Assembly (NCBI GenBank): GCA_049516875.1
Contig: JBEKSS010000007.1
Coordinates: 1 to 64,000, forward strand
Source of the DNA: Candidatus Bathyarchaeia archaeon
Lineage (GTDB): Archaea; Thermoproteota; Bathyarchaeia; Bathyarchaeales; Bathycorpusculaceae
Direction: 5' to 3'
DNA length: 64,000 nt
Shown here in pieces: positions 19,628-29,571 of this stretch. Each line of letters opens with the position of its first letter. Within the stretch, counting starts at the first letter, position 1. The position numbers were made by a program, and so were the translations under genes. Below the pieces are notes generated by a model. It was given only the letters and a program-made list of their open reading frames with translations, was not told the DNA's origin and ran no database searches.

Positions 19628-20353
19628 TCATTCTTCAGCAAAGACTCTCAAGGAGTCTATTTCCCATGCTTGAAGGTACAGATCTTGTCTGAAAATTCCC
19701 CCAGCAAACTCTCTTTTCAGTTGTTCTACTACTCTCAGGTTCAAGTGCTCAGGTACTTCCCATTGACTTGAGGAGGTTCTTTGCTGCAAGTTGATGAGAC
19801 GATCGTCTGCGAAGATATCATAAGAAGTAACAAACAAAGACTTCGTGGGAGTGATTAGATCTTTCAGGTCTTGTTCTGATTTCCCAAGATAACGTCGTTC
19901 ATATCCATATTGTTTCAACATGCGATAGTACGCCTCGCGAACAGGGTCTTTACGTGCGTCGTATAAAGAAAACATGGCATGCCGAGTTACTCGGCACACT
20001 TCTCTCAGAGTTTTTTTCCATTCACTTATCAAATGAAGAACATGAACGCTAATCGCAACATCAAAAGTCTTGTTTTTGAATGGAATGAACCGGGCGTCTG
20101 CAAGAAGCAGGTCTTGCAGGCCTTTTTCTTTCGCCTTGCTCATCATTCTCCTGCTAATGTCAATTCCAACAACTTCAAACCCCGTTTTTTGCAGAGGTTC
20201 AGCAAGTCTTCCAGTGCCGACGCCGACATCCAAGATTTTCGTGCAATCCTTGAGTTCAAAGGATAACGTCTTGATGAGGCTTTTCATGACTTCATTTGGC
20301 AATCTTCTAGTCGCGTCATAGATTTCTGCGACACGATCGAACGATACGCTAAA
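19628..20353 (-). CDS. Class I SAM-dependent methyltransferase
   Basis: SFDRVAEIYDATR, ILDVGVGTG; no canonical start codon before SFDR. Confidence 0.85.
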   Translation of the reverse strand, partial: FSVSFDRVAEIYDATRRLPNEVMKSLIKTLSFELKDCTKILDVGVGTGRLAEPLQKTGFEVVGIDISRRMMSKAKEKGLQDLLLADARFIPFKNKTFDVAISVHVLHLISEWKKTLREVCRVTRHAMFSLYDARKDPVREAYYRMLKQYGYERRYLGKSEQDLKDLITPTKSLFVTSYDIFADDRLINLQQRTSSSQWEVPEHLNLRVVEQLKREFAGGIFRQDLYLQAWEIDSLRVFAEE

Positions 20354-20517
20354 CTCGGGAACCTCCGAATTGCAGTTGTCGTCTCATAGCTATAACCACG
20401 ATCCTGGTTTCACATTATAAACTCACTTTTGCCGGGAAAACCGACGACCTTTGCTTCACGAACAACTCGCGCTCAAAGCTTACCTCTTTGCAACTTTCCA
20501 GTAGCGGTCGCTAGCTA

Positions 20518-20835
20518 ATGACCTATAAGGAGCGCCATACACCTCATATTACAGAAGCAAACCAAGCTCTAGCCCGTTTCTCAGTGGTGAAAAGTATGGC
20601 TGAGAAGGTTAAGCGTCAATATGTCAGCCAAAACCAACGCAAGATCCTAGAAATCCTGGAGAAATATGAAGAGTTGACAGCGAAAGACATAGCGGAGATT
20701 CTGTGGGCGAGGGATATACGCTATAAGACGCCGGAATTCAGTTCAGTTCACCGGAGCCTTGCAGCTCTCCACAAAAGAAGTCTCGTAGAAAAAGTCGGTG
20801 GGCAACTGAAGTGGCGGAAGACTAAAAAGACCTAA
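20518..20835 (+). CDS. Winged-helix DNA-binding protein
   Basis: QRKILEIL...LTAKDIAE...SVHRSLAAL...LV. Confidence 0.65.
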   Translation: MTYKERHTPHITEANQALARFSVVKSMAEKVKRQYVSQNQRKILEILEKYEELTAKDIAEILWARDIRYKTPEFSSVHRSLAALHKRSLVEKVGGQLKWRKTKKT

Positions 20836-20850
20836 TCGATCGTGCGCCCC

Positions 20851-21234
20851 TTACTCGCCCGCGCTAAACAGGGGACTCGAGATTATCAGGTCTGCTGTAG
20901 CTCTGTTGCAAGCAGTTGGGATGTTGTAAAGAACAGCTACCCTGAGAAGGGCCTTAACGTCAACATCGTGAGGGAGAGATTCTAGGGGGTCCCAGAAGAA
21001 GATCAGGTAATTCAATTTCTTGTTAGCGATTAAAGCGCCAAGCTCCATGTCGCCACCTTGAGAACCGTCTTTAAGTAGGGTAATGTTTAGGCCAGTTTCC
21101 TCTATGATCCGTTTCCCAGTTCCTCCCGTTGCGTAAAGGTTGTGGCGAGCCAATGTTCCCTTGTTGAACTCAACCCATTCCACCAAATCAGTCTTCTTAT
21201 TATCATGAGCCACCAAGGCTATCGTTCTTTTCAA
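20851..21234 (-). CDS. mgsA: Methylglyoxal synthase
   Basis: IALVAHDNKK, ATGGTG, GGD, FFWDPL, PHDVDVKAL. Confidence 0.95.
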   Translation of the reverse strand: MKRTIALVAHDNKKTDLVEWVEFNKGTLARHNLYATGGTGKRIIEETGLNITLLKDGSQGGDMELGALIANKKLNYLIFFWDPLESLPHDVDVKALLRVAVLYNIPTACNRATADLIISSPLFSAGE

Positions 21235-21614
21235 ACCGAATCCACCTATTCGAATTCGTATGCTTGTTCAATCAGTCTTAAACCTTTCCTAGCATAGAAA
21301 GTGCACACTAGAATAATCCTCCACGCACTTCTTCCCCAAAGATTTCTAAATAGCCTACTTCTAGGAAAACCTTGTCATCGAAATATGACCTTAATCCAAC
21401 GCACGCGCTAAATGCGGAGGATTAGTACGGTTGCATAGGCTGTAAGCGAGGCGATACTAATGGGTGATCTCGCCTTTTGTCTCTCCCTCGCTTAACTTTG
21501 AGAAACACGCCCAACTCAGCTCGCTCTTGTTCTAGCACGCGTACACACAAAAATTAATCTTCCCGATTGATGATGAGAAAGGAGCATCCCCCTACTTGAA
21601 GGTGAGAAAGGTCG

Positions 21615-22382
21615 ATGCGTGAAATTGAACTGGCAAGCTGGGAGGATTTTCCCAGACGAGTAGATAACATAGTCAGGAGCTTGGAAATTATATATTCTGT
21701 TAAGCTGCATGTTGATTTTGAGGAGATTTCTGTTGAACGCCTCTATCCAACAGAAGACTTTCTAGAAAATGACAAGCTTGCCCTTGTCTTCGTGAAGACT
21801 GTCAAGGAAAACTACAACGTGCCCATAATAGTTGTCAAACACAATGATGACTTTTTTATTCTGGACGGCCATCACCGTTCGTTCATCTACAAGAAACTCA
21901 TGATCAGAACAATAAAGGCCTATGTTTTGCAGTTCCCCAAAGGCACAAGTTATAGAGACGTTCCGAAAATTCCTCTTGAAGGGCTTCGCATCAAAGACAT
22001 AAGCGCCATAGAAGATCCGATTTTGAAAGCTTGGCAACGCATACTTTTCGTCGTTGAACATTATGAAGCCATATACAATGTCCCGTTCTGTCTACGGAAA
22101 GAGCTGGTCAACTTGGAGGACCTTGTTCCAACTCAGTCTGTTGTGGGAAGGGCACAGATTGATTCGATAAAGGAGTTACTAGTGCCAATAGTCTGTGTTC
22201 ATCATGGACAAAAATACTACATTTTGGATGGGCACGCCAGATCCATTCGGGCTAAACAGCTAGGGCTAGACTCAATAGAGACGATGACCCTAGTGCCAAC
22301 AACAACGATAAATTATGGGATCGTCAAAACGGCTGAGGAGATGCATCTGCGATCTCTTGAAGACATCACGGTCATGGAATAA
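21615..22382 (+). CDS. Tandem ParB/Srx-like domain protein
   Basis: Two units: PTE..PIIV..ILDGHHR and PTQ..PIVC..ILDGHAR. Confidence 0.8.
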   Translation: MREIELASWEDFPRRVDNIVRSLEIIYSVKLHVDFEEISVERLYPTEDFLENDKLALVFVKTVKENYNVPIIVVKHNDDFFILDGHHRSFIYKKLMIRTIKAYVLQFPKGTSYRDVPKIPLEGLRIKDISAIEDPILKAWQRILFVVEHYEAIYNVPFCLRKELVNLEDLVPTQSVVGRAQIDSIKELLVPIVCVHHGQKYYILDGHARSIRAKQLGLDSIETMTLVPTTTINYGIVKTAEEMHLRSLEDITVME

Positions 22383-22479
22383 AACTGTACACACAAAACA
22401 TTAATGCTGTACTGCTTCACTAGAACAACTTCGCATTGCTGCGCGTAGCTCAGTGCTTCCCCAAGGCTTTCTGCCACAA

Positions 22480-22950
22480 TCAAAGAATTTTTGATGCCAT
22501 TTCCCCTATCTTCTTGAGGAAAGTTTCGTCTTCCTTTGTAAACGGCGAAAGCGCGTGAGAGTCTATGTCGAGTTCACCAACGACTTCTTCGTTCTTGAAA
22601 ATGGGTACAACGATTTCAGATTTCACGTTCGCACTGCATGAGAGGTAGTTCGTCTCCTTCGAAACATCCTGCACAAGGAAGGTCTTTCTACGCTCTGCAG
22701 CCTGACCACATATGCCTCTTCCAAAAGGTATTCTAGCATGCTCTGTAGGTTCTCCTTCGAAGGGACCGAGCACAAGCTCTTTTTGTCTTTTTCTATCCAC
22801 AATATAGAAACCGACCCAATTGTAATAGGAGACATTGTCCCTAAGTAGCCTGCAGACGGTTTTGAGTTTCTCATCTCTATCCGCCTTGCTTTTCAGAACT
22901 TCACCTATTTTCTTGGCAAGGAAGTCAAATAACTCACTTCTGTCCACCAT
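22480..22950 (-). CDS. msrC: GAF-domain protein, free Met-R-sulfoxide reductase-like
   Basis: NWVGFY, LGPF.G, GRGICG, SEIVVP, LDIDS. Confidence 0.85.
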   Translation of the reverse strand: MVDRSELFDFLAKKIGEVLKSKADRDEKLKTVCRLLRDNVSYYNWVGFYIVDRKRQKELVLGPFEGEPTEHARIPFGRGICGQAAERRKTFLVQDVSKETNYLSCSANVKSEIVVPIFKNEEVVGELDIDSHALSPFTKEDETFLKKIGEMASKIL

Positions 22951-23084
22951 GCAACCACCTTAATGATGACGATAATACAGCTAAACTTTGGGCGTTTATA
23001 TTATGCTATTTGAGCTTGCCCTTCAGCGTTTCTGCTTCACAAGTTTTATAGTTAAAACCGGCGATACAAAAGACCTAGGTTTGA

Positions 23085-23501
23085 TTGAGCTTCGAAATAG
23101 TTAGATACAGATCAGAATATCAAGATGCAATAGTCGATTTGTGGAGAGAATGCCATTTAATAGCGCCTCAAAACGATCCCGTTGAAGACATTCAGAAGAA
23201 GCATGATTTTCAGCCAGGGCTATTCTTCGTTGCCCTGTTGGATGAAAAAGTGATCGGTTCTGTTATGGTTGGTTATGAAGGTCATAGAGGTTGGCTAAAC
23301 TACTTGGCCGTTCTGCCTGATTATCAGAAACGAGGATATGGCCGAAAATTGGTAGAACAAGCCATTCATGAATTGAAGAAATTGGGCTGCTTGAAAGTCA
23401 ATTTGCAGATCCGTAGAAGCAACATCTCCGCAGTCGAGTTCTACAAGCGTCTTGAGTTCACGGAAGATGATGTGGTAAGTCTAGGCAAGAAACTGAGATG
23501 A
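23085..23501 (+). CDS. GNAT acetyltransferase (YpeA-like)
   Basis: VMVGYEGHRGWLNYLAV, KVNLQIR. Confidence 0.85.
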   Translation: MSFEIVRYRSEYQDAIVDLWRECHLIAPQNDPVEDIQKKHDFQPGLFFVALLDEKVIGSVMVGYEGHRGWLNYLAVLPDYQKRGYGRKLVEQAIHELKKLGCLKVNLQIRRSNISAVEFYKRLEFTEDDVVSLGKKLR

Positions 23502-23646
23502 TCACATGCGTGCCTGAGAGCACGTATGCAAAGAAGAGGGCTGCTTGAGAAAATCAAATGAGAACGTGTTTCATATTATTGCCGAAGATTGCGTAGCAAT
23601 TCATGTGGCAAGTTTGAAACATGAGTCACATGCGAGTTAGGTTGAA

Positions 23647-24225
23647 ATGACTGAGGAACTGTACGTTTCTGTAAGGGATGATTGGCGTTCCTGGCTCAGA
23701 GAGAATCATGATGTCAAGAGAGAAGTTTGGTTGATCTACTACAAGAAGCACACTGGCAAACCCAGCATCCCGTACGATGATTCCGTCGAAGAAGCGTTGT
23801 GTTTTGGTTGGGTGGACAGTATCGTAAAGAAAATTGACGATGCGAAGTATGCTAGGAAGTTTACATCTCGCAGAAGCAGAAGCAGATGGTCTGAGGCAAA
23901 CAAGAAGAGAGTAGAAAAGATGATTAGCGAAGGAAAAATGACAGAAGCTGGACTTGCAACAATCAGAGAAGCCAAACACAGTGGAGAATGGTTCAAGATT
24001 CCTGTCAGTGTGCACTACAGAAAGAAACTTGAAATTCCTTCATACCTAAAGGATGCATTGGCAGCGAACGAAAAAGCTTCAAACAACTTCAACAAGTTGG
24101 CCAAGAGCTACAAAAGAAACTTCGTAGCGTGGATTGACAGCGCAAAGAAAGAAGAAACACGGAGAAAGCGTCTTGCAGAGGCTATAAAGCTACTAGAGCG
24201 TAATCAAAAGCTCGGAATGAAATGA
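23647..24225 (+). CDS. YdeI/OmpD-associated family protein
   Basis: EEALCFGWVDS, WIDSAKKEETRRKR. Confidence 0.9.
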   Translation: MTEELYVSVRDDWRSWLRENHDVKREVWLIYYKKHTGKPSIPYDDSVEEALCFGWVDSIVKKIDDAKYARKFTSRRSRSRWSEANKKRVEKMISEGKMTEAGLATIREAKHSGEWFKIPVSVHYRKKLEIPSYLKDALAANEKASNNFNKLAKSYKRNFVAWIDSAKKEETRRKRLAEAIKLLERNQKLGMK

Positions 24226-24310
24226 TGCGCACGGGTTCTTTCATCAGCAGTCTGAAGACCACATGTCGACAGACTTAGCGCGCGCTCGCTCTCTTCTAAC
24301 TGTGATGTTG

Positions 24311-24447
24311 TGGCGCCGGGAGTGGGACTCGAACCCGCGCGGCCCCGAAGGGCCACAGGCTCTCAAGCGCACGCGCGCCTCAAGGCCTGCGCATTAATCC
24401 ACTCTGCCCACGGGGTGGCAAGACATGGGTCTAGCCATTATCCCGGC
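24311..24447 (-). tRNA. tRNA-Ser(TGA) with two introns (24409-24439 at position 8/9; 24362-24378 in anticodon loop)
   Basis: Acceptor GCCGGGA/TCCCGGC, encoded CCA, long variable arm, stem CAGGC/GCCTG; removing both inserts gives a normal cloverleaf. Confidence 0.85.
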
Positions 24448-24721
24448 ACATTTTCCCGGCACCAGAAGATTAGCTCGTCTACCCCGTCTTAAAATGTTTA
24501 CCCTAGACAATTCTGATGACTCTTCGGTCTTGAGAGGGTTCGGACGGGCCTGTTGCGAGTTTAGCGCACGCATACAGTTTCTTGTGTTAATACGAGAAAA
24601 CCTCGCACCTTCTTGATGGAGAATCAAGAATGGCATCGGTCATAGCGTTCGCCTGGTGCAAAGGGAATTCAGAAATAGCGATGTTGCGCTTCTACTCTTC
24701 CTCATACTATATTACAGAAAA

Positions 24722-25330
24722 TCAGTCTGTGACATTTTCCTTGCGTTTTGCATGAGTTTCAGCTTCGAAAGCCGCAACACGATCGTCGTTTTCTTCACGT
24801 TCGATCTCCTCAAGCGTGGCCTCCATAAGTCTCTTCATTCTGTGCTCTTCAACTCGTTTCATGATTTCCGCACGCGTCAAGTGTCGAGACTGTGAGTGAG
24901 TGCCTGAAACGCCGTCGAACCATTCACCTCCTAAGTCCAGCCTTCGCTCCGCATTAAGAACCATTGAATCAGCGTTCTCTCGAACCGTCTTTTCATGATA
25001 GTCATCAACGTTCTTAACGCCCACCAGGATTCCTCGCGGATCAAACACTTCAATCGAGCGAAGGCTCCTCTTGGGCCGTATTATGTGGAATGAAGTTTCA
25101 AACCCGCATCCGGGACAGTAGAACCTTATGTTTTGGAACTTCTTATCGTGTCTGAGTCTGAAACTTTTTCCCATGCAGTGTGGGCAACCAGACAGTCCAC
25201 ACTGAGCTAATGCTGGGTTGTTGACACTTGCCCATCTTAGGTATATGGCTTCACGTGAAAAATCATGTTCGATGTTCGGGAATTCGACCCAACGATGCTT
25301 GCGGCTCCTACCACGCTTATGCACACCCAT
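24722..25330 (-). CDS. Zn-ribbon hypothetical protein
   Basis: CPHC...CPGC; start inferred at MGVHKRG. Confidence 0.6.
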   Translation of the reverse strand: MGVHKRGRSRKHRWVEFPNIEHDFSREAIYLRWASVNNPALAQCGLSGCPHCMGKSFRLRHDKKFQNIRFYCPGCGFETSFHIIRPKRSLRSIEVFDPRGILVGVKNVDDYHEKTVRENADSMVLNAERRLDLGGEWFDGVSGTHSQSRHLTRAEIMKRVEEHRMKRLMEATLEEIEREENDDRVAAFEAETHAKRKENVTD

Positions 25331-25742
25331 CAGCACACACACCCATTTCGACTGCCCATCGATACTGCAACTTCTCCATCTGCTCAAGCAGAGTAACGGC
25401 ACACACTCCTGCCTGAGAGACTTTAGGATGATTGAGAATATTAACCTTGAGCGCATCTCTCAACGCACGTCTTGGTGTCGTTAACTGGCAAATCGTGCGC
25501 ACTAAGAACTCCTCAGATTTCGCAACGTTCAGAATGGAACTAAGGATGAAGAGTAACAGCATCGAAGCCGCAGGCAGCTTCATAGTAGCGCCGGAGGAAC
25601 AGGAAGGATCGATACCGTTGACGTTTGAACATCTCAAAGGATATATTGACGGGAATTTCAGACGATAACTATTTATTAGAAATCGTGCCCTTAAAAACCG
25701 AAACCTGCGGCAAACAGGAAAATGCAGAAAGTAACCTAATGG

Positions 25743-25820
25743 GGGCCGGTAGTCTAGCTCGGTTAGGACATCTGCTTGACGTGCAGAAGGTCGCCGGTTC
25801 AAGTCCGGTCCGGCCCACCA
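25743..25820 (+). tRNA. tRNA-Val(GAC)
   Basis: GGGCCGG/CCGGCCC acceptor, TCTGC-TTGACGT-GCAGA, GGTTCAAGTCC, CCA. Confidence 0.96.
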
Positions 25821-25994
25821 ATCAATGATTTTGTCATTGTTTCCGTTGTTATTCGATGAAGTGACCTGTGAGAATTGCATTAATAGGTGTTTCAAGTGGT
25901 TTTCGAAAGTCTTTGAAAGATTAAAGCCTAATTCACGCGATTTTTCAACTAGTTCTTGATCAACATATAGAACAAGATTGTGTTTGTTTGACAT
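25743..25994 (-). pseudogene. SSV-type integrase N-terminal fragment, Int(N), with RHH domain, reading antisense into tRNA-Val
   Basis: MSNKHNLVLYVDQELVEKSRELGFNLSKTFEN...WWAGPDLNRRP. Confidence 0.7.
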
Positions 25995-26125
25995 TTGCGT
26001 TTGCACCCGGGCGGGTGCGAGGGGAAGTTCTGTGTTATAAGTTTGGTGCTTGATGAATAATGATGCTTTAGGAATAGTGGCGTGATGAGAAACGATGGGA
26101 ACTCGGACAGTTGGATAGGCACACA

Positions 26126-26632
26126 CTATTTCGTATCTGCAAGATATTTCAGGTGAAATGGTTTTCTAATAGTTGTTGGGTTAATGTCTGCGATAAAGCT
26201 TTGACTATCGATCAATAAGTCTGAAAGCTCACTGTTGTGCTTTCTCATGAACTCTGCAAAGTCTGAATAGTTCTTGTGGAATGAAACAAAGATTCCATCC
26301 CACCCCATTCCTTGTCCGCCTATGGCCAAGACAACATTCGGTTGTTTCATCATCCACTCTTCCACCTTCCTGAAAGCTTTTTCCCTCACTTCAGGCTTGG
26401 CAAACTTCATCTCGTGTTTTACAAAGCTGAACGCAACGAGTTCAAAACCAATTTTCTCCCATTTTGGTATCGCCGTATACCCGTCAATAAAGCTCTTTTC
26501 AATGATTATCCTTCTCCTGCTGACAGTAGGCTGAGAAGTTCCCAGAACCTTGGCCAATTCTCTGTCACTCCTGCGGCTATTCTTCATCAGCTCCCACAGA
26601 AGTTTATAATCGATAGTCTTCAGTTTAGCCAT
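26126..26632 (-). CDS. Lrp/AsnC-family regulator
   Basis: ELMKNSRRSDRELAKVLGTSQPTVSR, YTAIP. Confidence 0.9.
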   Translation of the reverse strand: MAKLKTIDYKLLWELMKNSRRSDRELAKVLGTSQPTVSRRRIIIEKSFIDGYTAIPKWEKIGFELVAFSFVKHEMKFAKPEVREKAFRKVEEWMMKQPNVVLAIGGQGMGWDGIFVSFHKNYSDFAEFMRKHNSELSDLLIDSQSFIADINPTTIRKPFHLKYLADTK

Positions 26633-26824
26633 AATGCATCATTCATATTTCTCTTCTTCCAGTTCTTATGACTTGCGGAAGAATCTTCGATGTAATCCTG
26701 CAAGTCCATTATCTTTTGAAAAATTCTTATCATGATTCTTATATAAGAAAAATCCAAAGATAATTTAACCCTAGAATATCTTCATCGAGTTTGAGCAGAC
26801 TCGATCATAATTGACATTCAAGTG

Positions 26825-26972
26825 AGTGCACTGCGTGCACACGACGAGCCAACCTCTTTCCGACCTCTTAGTTCCCTACAGTCTCTCTGTTACGATATCA
26901 CTATTCAACCACTACTCTCATTTACATATTCATCAATTTAGGTAACACGATTTGGTTTTCTAAATTTCTAAT
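26825..26972. repeat. Non-coding repeat copy A, left part (continues at 27853-27960)
   Basis: Homologous to 30096-30140 and 30753-30960. Confidence 0.75.
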
Positions 26973-26986
26973 GCGCGCGGAATGTC

Positions 26987-27733
26987 CTATGTCTGTCTTA
27001 GAATCTCTTTTCCCATCAATTCTATCTCTTGAAGAGTAAACTGGATGTTAGATTTTCTTGTCACTATAAAACTCGGCAATTCTCCGATTTTCAATATGGG
27101 AAGAGTAGGATTGTTGATGTTCAAATCTGCATTTTGGTTTGCGAAGACAACAATTCCCTCAACCCACATCCTCCGAGATTTGAAAGTCTTCGAAGACTCT
27201 ATTACTCGTTTAATTCTCATGGAATTCCTCTTTGCTTGTTTGCTGGGGCTACCTAACTCGAAATGAATGAAGCGACTAAAACTTCCGGGTTTTTTATTTG
27301 TATATTGCCTAGTCCATTCGTCGCCATAGCAGGCTATCTTGCCACCATAGTTCTTGGTTTCTATTACAAAGATACCATTTGGTCCCAGAACAACGTGGTC
27401 AATGTTGCCATAGCCATCAGAAACCATAATGTCATTAATCAGGTAATATTCATCACTCAAAGTAGAAGAGAGAATTTTGCTGACCTTGTTCTCTCCTTCA
27501 TAACCTTGCTTGTAGCCAGAGTATTTTCGAAAGAAATAGAAAGCAAAGAAAAAAGGGAAGAACAGAAGCAATGCACGTGGGCCCTCATACCTGCCTACGT
27601 CGATGTATAAAGGTGAATGTGGAATATCCGATAGTATGATAACCGCGAACACAATTATGCAAAGGGCCATTATAGTCAGGTTCTGAATAGCTTTTCTTTT
27701 GAGGTAACTCCCTGACTCTTTCAAGACTTTCAT
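26987..27733 (-). CDS. NERD-domain nuclease-like protein with two TM helices
   Basis: G.EGE..V, IDHVVLGPNGIFVIETKNY, SPSKQ. Confidence 0.9.
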   Translation of the reverse strand: MKVLKESGSYLKRKAIQNLTIMALCIIVFAVIILSDIPHSPLYIDVGRYEGPRALLLFFPFFFAFYFFRKYSGYKQGYEGENKVSKILSSTLSDEYYLINDIMVSDGYGNIDHVVLGPNGIFVIETKNYGGKIACYGDEWTRQYTNKKPGSFSRFIHFELGSPSKQAKRNSMRIKRVIESSKTFKSRRMWVEGIVVFANQNADLNINNPTLPILKIGELPSFIVTRKSNIQFTLQEIELMGKEILRQT

Positions 27734-28226
27734 CGTGAAGACAACCTGGCAGATGCACATGGAGAAATTGATGTTCCATGTCCAAGTATTTTATATGTGC
27801 GGTATTGTTAGCCCAGCAGGTCACAATCTCCTTGTCTCTGAGAAGATGATGATTTCTAAATTTCTAATTTTCTAATCTAGGGAAGAACTAGAATTTCAGG
27901 TTTTTTCTCGAATAGAATTTAGAAAATCCCTTGAAATCAAAAACAAGAAAGAGCTGTCTTCAAACAATGAAGCGTCTCTTTGCAACCTCCCCTTAAGCTT
28001 CAACGACAGCAATCGCACAGTAGCACAAACACACAATCAACAAACAACAAAACATCAAACACACAAACACGAAACTTCGATGAAAACATTCTAAAGGGTT
28101 CATGGAAAGTGATGGTGTGTTTTCGGTTTTGGTTTGGGTCAGAGCTAGCGCGCGCACAGTGGCGCACACTAGCCCACGCATACGAACATGAGAATAAAAA
28201 AAGGTGGGAAATTCCCGACGGTTGAT

Positions 28227-28436
28227 TTAAGGTTCTCTTTTGACTACAAAGGCGATTTTGACAACGGCACGGTATTCCACGATCTTGTTCTTTTCTACTT
28301 TTGCCGTGCACCGCTTTACATAAACAGACTTTATGTTCCTAACCGTCTTGGCAGCTTCTGTAATTGCATTCTTTGTGGCGTCTTCCCAGCTTTTTGGTGA
28401 GCTACCTATCAACTCGACTACTTTTGCAACTGTCAT
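28227..28436 (-). CDS. Dodecin
   Basis: KVVELIGSSPKSWEDA...YRAVVKIAF. Confidence 0.92.
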   Translation of the reverse strand: MTVAKVVELIGSSPKSWEDATKNAITEAAKTVRNIKSVYVKRCTAKVEKNKIVEYRAVVKIAFVVKREP

Positions 28437-28587
28437 TTTGTCCAGGCTCCCTAATCTATAACTAGCAATGTTCCTTATTATTTTGTTCCCAGGCAAAAGC
28501 GCGCGCGCAAATCGTCACTGTCGATTGATTAAAATAGTTTTCAGAGAATCAAAACCAAGGTGAGAGGGGGGTGAAAAATCGACAATC

Positions 28588-28779
28588 ATGACAGTAGAAC
28601 TTGACTTAGATCGAATGGAGAAAATGAAGCAACAAGTCTTGAAAACCATTCAAAGAATCGTGGATGAATATGGAAACGTGTCTATCATGGAATTGGAGTT
28701 GGCGTTGATAGAAGGACTTGCAAAAGTGAGAGAAATCGGCATGAAACAAACGCAAGAAGAAGATGAGAGTGTCGTCTAG
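28588..28779 (+). CDS. Small hypothetical protein
   Basis: ORF with upstream GGGGGTGA SD-like sequence. Confidence 0.55.
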   Translation: MTVELDLDRMEKMKQQVLKTIQRIVDEYGNVSIMELELALIEGLAKVREIGMKQTQEEDESVV

Positions 28780-28920
28780 AAAAAGAGCCGCAATGTTCTA
28801 TGGGTATTTCAAAACGTGGAAAACCCCATATAGCATAGCATAAGGGAGAATCAGTCAGCACGAGCAACTATAAACTTAAAAGGAAATGCAGGCGAACCTA
28901 GTTAGCGAAGGTAGAACAGA

Positions 28921-29265
28921 ATGGATTTCGTTGCGTTACTGATTCAGATTGTCGTAGGGGTCATCATTATCGCGCCAATTCTCTGGCTGGCTGGGAGAGC
29001 ACTATCTGGGAAAGACAAAGCAAAGTTCACGGATGCAATATGGATAGTGGTTCTTGGAACAGTAATAGGTGCGGTAGTCGGCGCTTTTGTTGGCGGCTTG
29101 ATAGCGGCACTCATCATGTTCATAGTCTGGCTTGCACTGATTAAACACTTCTTCGACTGCGGATGGTTAAAGGCACTGGCGATAGCTATTATTGCAGTGA
29201 TAATCTTCATAATCATAGTCGCTGTACTGGCAATAATTGGGTTCGGACTGAAACTCTTGCTATAG
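28921..29265 (+). CDS. Small 4-TM membrane protein
   Basis: Hydrophobic; LIKHFFDCGWLKA motif. Confidence 0.75.
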   Translation: MDFVALLIQIVVGVIIIAPILWLAGRALSGKDKAKFTDAIWIVVLGTVIGAVVGAFVGGLIAALIMFIVWLALIKHFFDCGWLKALAIAIIAVIIFIIIVAVLAIIGFGLKLLL

Positions 29266-29571
29266 CCTCTGACATCGTAATCTTGGGCCCACCCTTTTTT
29301 TTAACCTGCTGAACAATAGAAAACTACGTTAGGAACGTCGAATGCTCTGCAACTCGATCGATCGAGTGGTGTTGTTAGAGCATGCAGCTTGAATTGGGCT
29401 GTTCTGCCACGTTGGAAACTCGTAAAAGAATGCTGGTTAAAACGCTACGCTAAGATCTTAATGTTTGCTTTTTCGCAGATCTCTTCGAGCTTTTGCGGTG
29501 AGAAGTCTGTGTAATGCCTTGCTAGTACCGATTTTGGCACTCTTCCACAAAAAGCATCGACATACGTAAAC

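Noticed and set aside
25317-26126. 269-aa track ORF as a full protein
   Set aside because: It runs antisense through tRNA-Val; only the 25994-25743 part looks like Int(N).
28000-28140. AC-rich then GT-rich low-complexity stretch
   Set aside because: No defined repeat unit or clean inverted repeat; ORFs here look spurious.
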